Positions 9,412 to 17,089 of a stretch of DNA of 17,187 bases are shown piece by piece (position 1 is the stretch's first letter; each line of letters begins with the position of its first letter). Position numbers and translations under genes: made by a program. The DNA lies in the NCBI GenBank assembly GCA_045863235.1, contig BTUM01000126.1, forward strand, positions 1 through 17,187, in the 5' to 3' direction. A model generated the notes under the pieces. That model searched no databases. It saw only the letters and a list, made by a program, of their open reading frames with translations, and was not told where the DNA came from. The stretch comes from Candidatus Xenobia bacterium (lineage in GTDB: Bacteria; Vulcanimicrobiota; Xenobia; Xenobiales; QWHO01).

Positions 9412-9421
9412 ACCGGGTCTC

Positions 9422-9523
9422 GAAACTTGTTTCGAAAAAGTTCCTGAATTGCAAGTGGCACGCGCGATGCGACGAAGTTCAACCGGATGAAAATTCATGG
9501 CGCTGTCAATGCGCCGGACTGTA
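9422..9523 (+). repeat. Non-coding element E1, copy B (oriented toward the FHA gene)
   Basis: Inverted copy of 7047-7146. Contains palindrome TCGAAAC-tt-GTTTCGA (9420-9435) and two core motifs 42 bp apart (9456 and 9498). Confidence 0.92.
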
Positions 9524-9632
9524 ATGGCACCGGAGGGGACCGCCTGTCGGACGTAGAAAACTGAACGTGCGGGAGTAGATCGGCCGGGCGACTGGCCGTA
9601 GGCTGGGGCGAAAAGGGGCACAGAGTTCCGGA

Positions 9633-12125
9633 ATGTCTTGGACCTCCGGGTTACAACTGAAGGTGGTCGAGGGGCAGGAGCGCGGACGCACGATCCGTCT
9701 TGACCACCCTGAAGTCACGCTGGGGCGCGCGCAAACGAAAGGCGAGCGGGCCCCAGGCTGGATTTTCTTCAATGAGCCCACCGTCTCTCGGGTTCACGCC
9801 ATTTTGAGCTGGGATGACAGCCGCAAGCACTACATCCTGAATCATCGCTCCAAGACCAACGCCAGCCTGGTCAATGGCTCCCCCGTCGACCACCACCCCA
9901 TCACCATCGGTACCCGCCTGCAACTCGGCTTGCTGGTGCTCGAGATGCAGAGCGCCGAGGCCGCCAACACCGCGCGCAGCGGACGACTCGGCGACGCCGT
10001 CACCGGCCCCGAGAAGAAAAAAAACGAATCGGTGGTGGGACCGATCCTGGAGGCACTCTCGAACCTGGGTGAGGAGAAGCCCGCTCCCAGCCGTCCGAGC
10101 ACGGGCTCCGGGCTCCTCAAGCCCCCCACCAAGACCGCCGATGGGCCTGATCCCTGGTCGAGCTTCAACACCAACGCCAGCGCCAGTGCCAACCCGTTTC
10201 GGACTCTGGCTCCGCCAGCCCCCGCCCCACCCGACTTCACGGTGCTCGAGCCTGAGCTGGAGGATGCGACCGGGGCCAGTGCAGAGCGCCCGGCCGCTTT
10301 CCGCCTCATCGTCGCTGAAGGGCCCGACAAGGGGCGCAGGTTCCCTTTGCTCGAGAGCGTGCTGATCATTGGCCGCTCGCTCGGCTCGGCCGACCCCCGC
10401 ATGGATGTCGGCGTGCTGCTGCAAGACGACGAGCTGCCCTCCGAGCAGGCCATGCTGGTCTGGCAGGGGCGAGAGCAGGCCTACGGCATTCTCCAGGCGG
10501 ACGGAACCTCGGTTGAGATCAGGGTGCGGCGCACCGTGAATGGCGCGCCTCGCGAGCTGCGGGTGGGCCGCGACGCCCCTGTCCTGCTGCAAGAGGGGGA
10601 CGTGCTGCAGATGGGCAAGTCGGTGCTCATCCTGCGCCGAGCCGATGGCCAGGGGTCCCGCCGCTCGCCCGCCCCGGCCCCGGCCCGCTCCCCCTTCCGA
10701 CCTTCGGTCCAGCTCGCGGGTCCGCAGAGCAGCTCCCCGGCCGAGCTGGACACACCCGAAGAGGACGAGCCCGGCTGGGAGGCCTCGGCGGGCGACGAGG
10801 TGCGCACCCCGCACAGCCTGGTGGGAGACGGTCCGGCCTATCCGGGGGGAGTGCCGGCCTTTTCGCCCGCATCCGACGACCCGTGGTCCAACGCGGCCAG
10901 CATCCGGCCCCCGGCCCCGCCGGCGCCGCTCGCCCCTCTCCCCCCGGCCCCGGAAGCCCGGCCGGCCCCGCCGCGCACCGCTCCCGTGTCGCCGCCGGCT
11001 CCCGAGCCTGACTTGCCAGACGTGCCCAAGCGTCCCGTCGAACCGACATTCCTGGGTCCCACCCGCCCCGGCAGCCCGCGCCGACCGGTTTCCCTGGCCG
11101 AAACGGCGGTTGGGGCCTCTTCTGCGCCCCCTGCACCCCCTGCAGAGCCCCTCAAGCCTCCCCGCTCCATCCCGCCGCTGAGCACCGCCATGCGCGAGAC
11201 GGTGCAGCCGGGGCAGGGAGCCTCAGCCCAGGTCGACCTGGCCGAGATGGGGACCATCGGAACCAGTCCCAAGCGGACCGCTCCCGAGGCTGCCGCACCG
11301 CCCCAGCGCGATCCCTCGGGGACGACCCAGCGCATTCAGCTGGGCAGCCTCATGGAGTCGCCCATCGGCGAGGACCTGCCCGACCTGGGCGCCCTGACCT
11401 GGCCCTGGCGCTTCCGGGCCGACTACGTCTTCGACTACCTCAAGGGAACGCGTCGGGGCTGCCAGATCTCCCTGGTGGGGGCGGAGATGACCGAGGACCG
11501 GGTCATCAACATCGGCTGTCCGGGCGAGCGCCTCAACGACATCGAGGTGGGCGGACAGAGCGTCACCAACTCCCAGGCCCAGCTGCGCTTCCGCACCGGT
11601 CGCTTCAGCCTGCTCAACCAGGGCCCTCCCGACGTGGTCTTTATCAACCGCGTGCCCATGAAGACGGGCGATCAGGTGGTGCTGGTGACAGGCGACCTGA
11701 TCGAGACCGGCGACACCCAGGTGCGCTTTCTCGAGCGCCGCGTGGTGGAGACCCTGTCGAGCTACCTGGTGGAGGTGGAGAGCGGCGTAGACGCCGACCA
11801 GGGCAGGCAGTTCCATTTCAACAAGCAGCGCGTGTTGATCGGGCGGGGCAAGAACTGCGACATCCACCTCAACGACCTGGAGGTCTCCCGCCTGCACGCC
11901 TGCCTGGTCTACCGCGACGGGCGCTTCTACCTGCAGCACCGCTCCGACACCAATCCCACTTTCGTCAACGGCATGTCGGTCTTGCCCGGCTCCGAGCGGA
12001 TGATCACTCCCGACGACCGCATCCGCCTCTCGAGCCTTACCGTGCTGCGCTTCGTCTTGAAGGGCATGCCGGCCGGGCCCAACGAGAAGAGCCAGCCGGG
12101 GAGCCGCGGGCTGACCCGCAAGTAG
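9633..12125 (+). CDS. Multi-FHA domain protein with central Pro-rich linker (830 aa)
   Basis: Canonical FHA motifs at the N-terminus (LGR...VSRVHA...TNASLVNG) and C-terminus (IGR...VSRLHA...TNPTFVNG), with two further degenerate FHA-like units flanking a Pro/Ala-rich region. Confidence 0.88.
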   Translation: MSWTSGLQLKVVEGQERGRTIRLDHPEVTLGRAQTKGERAPGWIFFNEPTVSRVHAILSWDDSRKHYILNHRSKTNASLVNGSPVDHHPITIGTRLQLGLLVLEMQSAEAANTARSGRLGDAVTGPEKKKNESVVGPILEALSNLGEEKPAPSRPSTGSGLLKPPTKTADGPDPWSSFNTNASASANPFRTLAPPAPAPPDFTVLEPELEDATGASAERPAAFRLIVAEGPDKGRRFPLLESVLIIGRSLGSADPRMDVGVLLQDDELPSEQAMLVWQGREQAYGILQADGTSVEIRVRRTVNGAPRELRVGRDAPVLLQEGDVLQMGKSVLILRRADGQGSRRSPAPAPARSPFRPSVQLAGPQSSSPAELDTPEEDEPGWEASAGDEVRTPHSLVGDGPAYPGGVPAFSPASDDPWSNAASIRPPAPPAPLAPLPPAPEARPAPPRTAPVSPPAPEPDLPDVPKRPVEPTFLGPTRPGSPRRPVSLAETAVGASSAPPAPPAEPLKPPRSIPPLSTAMRETVQPGQGASAQVDLAEMGTIGTSPKRTAPEAAAPPQRDPSGTTQRIQLGSLMESPIGEDLPDLGALTWPWRFRADYVFDYLKGTRRGCQISLVGAEMTEDRVINIGCPGERLNDIEVGGQSVTNSQAQLRFRTGRFSLLNQGPPDVVFINRVPMKTGDQVVLVTGDLIETGDTQVRFLERRVVETLSSYLVEVESGVDADQGRQFHFNKQRVLIGRGKNCDIHLNDLEVSRLHACLVYRDGRFYLQHRSDTNPTFVNGMSVLPGSERMITPDDRIRLSSLTVLRFVLKGMPAGPNEKSQPGSRGLTRK

Positions 12126-13586
12126 ATGCCCCCGCCCCATCCCCAGCTGCTGGCCGAGCCGGAGCAGGTTATGAACGGCTTGATCCGGGGTCTGGCCGGC
12201 TCGGTCGTGGGCAGCGGAGGCCTGGGCGACGAGCACCCCGGCCTGGCCGGACTGGCCCTGGTGAACGCCCTGGCACCCCATTTCTCGCCTCAGGATGAGG
12301 ATCCGGTTCCGAGCTGGGCTCCCTGGTTGAGCTCGATCCTGGTGCGCCGAGGCGAGGCCCTGGGCGAGTATCTGCGGGTCACCTGCGGAGGAGCCCAGGG
12401 AGCCACTTTCCCGGCTGCCCTGGCCTCCGGACGGTTGCTGGCCACGGGCATGTCCGACCCGGCCTGCGCCTACCCCCTGCAAGCCTGGCTGCAGAGCCTG
12501 CTGGCCAGGCCCGACGGCGACAGGCTCGATCAGACCTGGGATCTCTTCACCGAGGGACTGCGCGAGCTGGAGACCGACCCCGATCCCCTGCGCGTGCGCC
12601 GCGGTCAGCAAGCTTGCCGGGACGTCTTTCACGGTCTGCAAGAGCTGGAGAAACCCGATGTCGAAAAGGCCGCCGGTTACTTCCGGGGGGGCGCCGACAT
12701 GCTGCAAGAGGTCTTTCTGGAGAGTCTGAAGTCGGCTTTCCAGGCCGGGCCCACCGGCGCCACGGCGGTGAACTGGACGGTGCACGCCCTGGTGGCCGTG
12801 GCCGATGGCCTGGTGACCGCCGACGCCGCCACCATGCCCCTGGACTGGCTCGAAGATCTGCACGCTCGGACCTACTACGCCTTCGAGCGCGAGGTGGTGG
12901 CCCTGGAGTCTGCCGACTCGCTCTGGAGCGGAGTGGAGCAGGCCCGCCAGGGGCTCGACAGCGTGACCGAGGCCCTCACCGCCTGCCGGGTGTCGGCCGG
13001 CGAGCGGGCGGCCCTGGGGGCCGCCCTGCAACAGTTGGCCAAGGGAGGGCGAGAGCTGGCCGCGGCCAACCGCCTGTTCCGGGAAGCGCGCGACCGGCTG
13101 GGCTCCATTCCCTGCGTGAGCTGCGGAGCCAGCAATCCGGTTACGGCGCGGGTATGCACCTGCGGGTCGGCCCTGGTCATCCAGGCTGGCACCATCACGA
13201 GTCGCCAGCTCTCGTTGCAGCTCAAGGGCTTGCTGCTGGCCTGCGAGCAGCTCCAGAACGAGCTCTCCGGTCCCGAGGAGTTTGCCCCCAGCCTGCAACG
13301 CGCCTACCGGGTGCTGAGCCGGGCCGAGTATGGCCTGACCCGCCTCCCCCCCCTCGAGACGGTAGGGTTGGAGGCCTTCGGAAGCAGCGAGATCTTGCGC
13401 TCGGCCCTGGCCGAGTATCGGGGCGCCCTGGATGAGTTGCAGCGCTATCTCGCCGAGCAGCGCCCAGGCCGGCTCTTCTCGGGCATCCGGCAGCTGGTGG
13501 CGGCCGGGCGACGGCTCGAGCAGTTGCGCGATCTGGGCGGGCCGATAGAGGCTGAGGCCGTCTTTGGCGAAGAAGCTGTAGGATGA
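12126..13586 (+). CDS. Hypothetical helical protein with a zinc-ribbon-like motif (486 aa)
   Basis: ATG directly abuts the FHA gene stop, and its own stop overlaps the next ATG (ATGA). CVSCGASN...VCTCG motif; Leu/Ala/Glu/Arg-rich composition. Confidence 0.75.
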   Translation: MPPPHPQLLAEPEQVMNGLIRGLAGSVVGSGGLGDEHPGLAGLALVNALAPHFSPQDEDPVPSWAPWLSSILVRRGEALGEYLRVTCGGAQGATFPAALASGRLLATGMSDPACAYPLQAWLQSLLARPDGDRLDQTWDLFTEGLRELETDPDPLRVRRGQQACRDVFHGLQELEKPDVEKAAGYFRGGADMLQEVFLESLKSAFQAGPTGATAVNWTVHALVAVADGLVTADAATMPLDWLEDLHARTYYAFEREVVALESADSLWSGVEQARQGLDSVTEALTACRVSAGERAALGAALQQLAKGGRELAAANRLFREARDRLGSIPCVSCGASNPVTARVCTCGSALVIQAGTITSRQLSLQLKGLLLACEQLQNELSGPEEFAPSLQRAYRVLSRAEYGLTRLPPLETVGLEAFGSSEILRSALAEYRGALDELQRYLAEQRPGRLFSGIRQLVAAGRRLEQLRDLGGPIEAEAVFGEEAVG

Positions 13587-15670
13587 AGACGCACGTCTAC
13601 ACCATCGACAACCTGTGCTGCGCCACCGAGGAGCAGCTGATCCGAAACCGGCTCAGCCGCATCCAGGGGGTGTCGTCGCTCGACTTCAACCTGCTCGAGC
13701 GCCAGCTGACGGTGCACCACGAGCTCGATGGCGACACGCCCATCCTGACCGCCCTGACCGCCATCGGGTTGCCGGCCCGTACTGCGCAAGCTCCTCCGAG
13801 CGCCCCCGCCTGGCGCTACCACCTGCCTCTGGCCCTGAGCGGGGTGGCGGCCATGGCCTCGGAGGTGGTGGCCTGGACCACCGGCGTCGAGCGCAGCCTG
13901 CCGGTGGTGGCTCTGGCTCTGGCCTCCATGGCCCTGGGGGGCCGGGAAACGCTTTTCAGGGGCTGGGTAGCTCTCACCAATCGCACCCTGAACATCAACT
14001 TCCTGATGACCATCGCGGTCATCGGGGCCGCCTGCCTGGGCCAGTGGCCCGAGGCGGCCATGGTCACCTTCCTGTTCGGGCTGGCCGAGCGTATCGAGGA
14101 GAGCTCGCTCAACCGGGCCCGCAACTCCATCCGGGCCCTGATGGAGCTGACGCCCGACAAGGCCCTGGTCAAGAGCAGCTGCTGCTCGGACTGGCACGAG
14201 GTGCCGGCCGAGGAGGTGCGGGTGGGCCAGCGGGTCCAGGTGCGGCCAGGGGGCCGCGTGCCTCTGGACGGAGTCGTGGTGGCGGGCTCCTCTTCGGTCA
14301 ACCAGGCGCCCATCACGGGCGAGAGCATGCCGGTGGAGAAGAACCCTGGCGACCCGGTGTTCGCCGGGACCGTGAACGAGAACGGCACTTTCGAGTTCGA
14401 GGTCACGGCCAACCGGGGCAACACCACCCTCGACCGCATCGTGCAGTCGGTGCAGCAGGCGCAGGCCCAACGCGCCCCCACCCAGCGCTTCGTGGACCGT
14501 TTCGCGGCCGTCTACACCCCGCTGGCGTGCCTGGCGGCGGTGCTGGTGGCGCTGTTGCCGCCTCTTCTCTTCAGCCAGCCAGTGCTGCCCTGGATCTACA
14601 AAGCGCTGGTCATGCTGGTGATCGCCTGCCCCTGCGCCCTGGTGCTCTCCACCCCGGTGACGGTGGTGAGCGGCCTGGCGGCCGCGGCCCGACGAGGCAT
14701 CCTGGTCAAGGGTGGGGTGTTTCTCGAGCACGGCTGCAAGCTGCGGGCCCTGGCCCTGGACAAGACCGGCACCCTGACGGTGGGACGCCCCGGCGTCACC
14801 GAGGTGGTGATCTGGAAGAAAGAGCTCTCCCGCGAGCGGGTCATCGAGCTCGCGGCCAGCGTCGACGCGCAGTCGGAGCATCCCACCGCGGCCGCCATCG
14901 TGCGAGCTCACCAGGGAGCCCTGCTTGAAGTCACCGAGTTCGCTGCGCTGCCGGGGCGCGGGGCCCGAGCCACCTGCGAGGGCAGGTCGTACTTCGTGGG
15001 CAACCACCGGCTGGTGGAGGACCAGAAGGTCTGCAGCCCCGAGCTGGAGGAGGTGCTGTTCCGTATCGAGTCCACCGGGCAGACGGCCGTGGTGCTCTTC
15101 ACCGACAGTGAGGTTTTAGCCGTCTTCGCGCTGGAGGATACCGTCCGGCCCAACGCGCGCAAGGCGGTGGAGGCCTTGCAGCGCATGGGCCTGCACACCA
15201 TCATCCTGACCGGGGACAACCCGCTCACGGCCGCCCGGGTAGCCGCCTCGGTAGGGGTGGAGGACGCCCGCGGCAACCTGTTGCCGGACGAGAAGCTGCA
15301 GGCCCTGGAGCAGCTGATCAAGGTGCACGGCCAGGTGGGGATGGTGGGGGACGGAGTCAACGACGCGCCCGCCCTGGCCCGCAGCTCGATCGGCTTTGCG
15401 CTGGGCGCTGCCGGCACGGCCACGGCCCTGGAGACGGCCGACGTGGCCTTGATGGAGGACGACCTGGAGAAGCTGCCCGAGTTCGTGCGCCTCAGTCGGC
15501 TCACGGTCAATGTGCTGCGCGAAAACATCGGCTTCTCCATCGGTCTGAAGGCCCTCTTCTTCGCCCTGGCCCTGCAGGGCACGGCCACCCTGTGGATGGC
15601 CGTGTTCGCCGACATGGGCGGCAGCTTGATCGTGGTGCTGAACGGGCTCCGGCTACTGCGCTTTCGCTGA
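13583..15670 (+). CDS. Heavy-metal translocating P1B-type ATPase, probably P1B-2 (Zn/Cd/Pb; CadA/ZntA-like)
   Basis: N-terminal HMA domain (LCCATE), TGES, CPC, DKTGTLT, SEHP, TGDN, GDGVNDAP, and membrane Lys (GLKAL) and Asp (FADMG) typical of P1B-2. Confidence 0.95.
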   Translation: MKTHVYTIDNLCCATEEQLIRNRLSRIQGVSSLDFNLLERQLTVHHELDGDTPILTALTAIGLPARTAQAPPSAPAWRYHLPLALSGVAAMASEVVAWTTGVERSLPVVALALASMALGGRETLFRGWVALTNRTLNINFLMTIAVIGAACLGQWPEAAMVTFLFGLAERIEESSLNRARNSIRALMELTPDKALVKSSCCSDWHEVPAEEVRVGQRVQVRPGGRVPLDGVVVAGSSSVNQAPITGESMPVEKNPGDPVFAGTVNENGTFEFEVTANRGNTTLDRIVQSVQQAQAQRAPTQRFVDRFAAVYTPLACLAAVLVALLPPLLFSQPVLPWIYKALVMLVIACPCALVLSTPVTVVSGLAAAARRGILVKGGVFLEHGCKLRALALDKTGTLTVGRPGVTEVVIWKKELSRERVIELAASVDAQSEHPTAAAIVRAHQGALLEVTEFAALPGRGARATCEGRSYFVGNHRLVEDQKVCSPELEEVLFRIESTGQTAVVLFTDSEVLAVFALEDTVRPNARKAVEALQRMGLHTIILTGDNPLTAARVAASVGVEDARGNLLPDEKLQALEQLIKVHGQVGMVGDGVNDAPALARSSIGFALGAAGTATALETADVALMEDDLEKLPEFVRLSRLTVNVLRENIGFSIGLKALFFALALQGTATLWMAVFADMGGSLIVVLNGLRLLRFR

Positions 15671-15673
15671 GCT

Positions 15674-15867
15674 TTAGAAGAGCTTGCACACCTGACCGGG
15701 GTGATGCCGGGCTGATGAGGTACCTGGAGGTAGCCGACAGACCATGCTCAGCCGAGCCCCGCTGTGATTGAGTCCATCATCTGAGACCACCAGCTCCAGC
15801 CCGACTGCTCGTTTTCCAGGACGAAATCGGGGTCAACCATCAAGATCTCCCCGCGCGAGGGCTTCAC
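15674..15867 (-). pseudogene. Frameshifted, truncated MazF/PemK-family toxin remnant
   Basis: GTG 15867 overlaps the antitoxin stop and reads MKPSRGEILMVDPDFVLENEQSG, stopping at 15748. A shifted frame continues LVVSDDGLNHSGARLSMVC and stops at 15674. The conserved RP between EQxG and LVVS is missing. Confidence 0.75.
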
Positions 15868-16100
15868 GGCCAGCCTTCAGAGATGGTGGCATCCCAGGCA
15901 GATTCTTCGGCGCGGTATTGCTCAGACGCGACCGAGTCGGCGTTGAGGCGCGCGAAGTCGCTGTCGAGTCGTTTGAAGAAGCAGGTCTTTTCGTAGTGCC
16001 TCAACGCCTTCTCCAGCAAGACCTGCAAGGAGACTTGCTCGGCCTCGGCAAGTCGCTTCAGTCGACGATGAGAATCCGGGTCGATTCGAACCGTGCTCAT
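15864..16100 (-). CDS. Putative ribbon-helix-helix antitoxin (78 aa)
   Basis: MSTVRIDPDSHRRLKRLAEAEQVSLQVLLEKALRHYE (strand-helix-helix pattern) with acidic C-terminus EESAWDATISEG, coupled to the mazF-like remnant. Confidence 0.75.
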   Translation of the reverse strand: MSTVRIDPDSHRRLKRLAEAEQVSLQVLLEKALRHYEKTCFFKRLDSDFARLNADSVASEQYRAEESAWDATISEGWP

Positions 16101-16106
16101 GAGCTG

Positions 16107-16139
16107 AGTATACCAATGCGTGTACAACAGAGTCTACAA
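16107..16139 (-). promoter_or_regulatory. Promoter/operator of the TA locus (probably leaderless)
   Basis: Minus strand TAGACT-N18-TATACT with extended TG; ATG is 6 nt after the -10 and has no SD. Three T(T/G)GTAnAC repeats at 12-bp period. Confidence 0.65.
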
Positions 16140-16327
16140 GCCATGCCAGAGCGCGTCATGTGCCTGCTGCTCAGGTGCTCAGGGTCTGCACGTCCGGAAC
16201 CGGCGTTCACTTCAGTCAGGCGAGCTCGACCGGATCCCACTTCACAGTGCAAATCAGGGTCTGGAGATTTCACCTGAAATGGGAGTCAACCACCTGGTGA
16301 GCCTCGATGGCCTTCTTCTCATCGGTC

Positions 16328-16756
16328 TCAAGCGCTCTTTGACGGGTCTTGAGTCTCGGCCAGGCGGCTCGCGGCGCCCACCTGGAGGAGCTGAAAGGCG
16401 AGTTGGATAGGTGGCTCTCCCTGGACAAGTATCTCAAACTGATACTCTCCAAAGCCTGGCAGCTCGAGACTGTAGAATCCCATCGAAAATCGGGCCAGAC
16501 CCAATTTTCCGTTTAGCTGGCGCGTAAACCGAAGCGTGCCGATCTGGTTGATCAGGGTCGCGCCGCCGGGGGCTTTCAGCCGGATTTCCAGCTTCCTTTC
16601 TGTTTCCGATGGCGCTCTCACCTGGACCACGACGAAGAGTTGCGGATGGCGCACCGGGACCTGTCGGGCCAGAATCGTATCGATGCCGATGCCAGAAGCG
16701 AAGATCTTGTTGCTCGCATCGGCGTAGTCACAAAGGAATGCAAAGTCTACCTTCAT
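16328..16756 (-). CDS. Small beta-rich hypothetical protein, DUF6941-like
   Basis: MKVDFAFLCDYA...GIGIDTI...GEYQFEILVQG pattern, recognised from memory. AAGGA precedes ATG 16756; alternative start 16768. Confidence 0.65.
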   Translation of the reverse strand: MKVDFAFLCDYADASNKIFASGIGIDTILARQVPVRHPQLFVVVQVRAPSETERKLEIRLKAPGGATLINQIGTLRFTRQLNGKLGLARFSMGFYSLELPGFGEYQFEILVQGEPPIQLAFQLLQVGAASRLAETQDPSKSA

Positions 16757-16971
16757 GCTGTCCTTCATACAATTTCCCCCATTCCAGGAGAATGCGTGTC
16801 TTCGCGATGATCAGCAACGCATTCGGATACGCGGTTGCTTCTCCTTCGATTGATGAAGGCCCTAATGGCTCATCTCTGCTTCTTAGGCGGGAGTGCATTC
16901 GTGTAGAAACTTCGTTCGAGCGGATTGGAGGTCCTTTTCTGGGCAGGCAGGAAGGGTGAGGACATATCAGC

Positions 16972-17039
16972 GAGAATTGCGGCGGGTACTTGCGTTTTTA
17001 CAGGGCGCACCGGATGATCCGCGTCATTTTCATGGTTCC
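16972..17039 (-). repeat. Non-coding element E2, copy 2
   Basis: Reverse complement matches 1-68 at 47/68 without gaps. Confidence 0.8.
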
Positions 17040-17055
17040 TGGGCCATGCTATAAT
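17027..17055 (+). promoter_or_regulatory. Putative sigma70-type promoter
   Basis: TTTTCA (17027-17032), 17-bp spacer, TATAAT (17050-17055) with extended TG at 17047-17048. Confidence 0.65.
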
Positions 17056-17089
17056 CAGCAGACCAATTGTAGAATGGGGGGCAACCTGG

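Noticed and set aside
10660..11320. GC-rich short repeats in the FHA gene
   Set aside because: Explained by Pro/Ala-rich low-complexity coding sequence.
11223..15007. 691-aa and 520-aa minus-strand ORFs
   Set aside because: They lie opposite well-supported coupled plus-strand genes and show no domain motifs.
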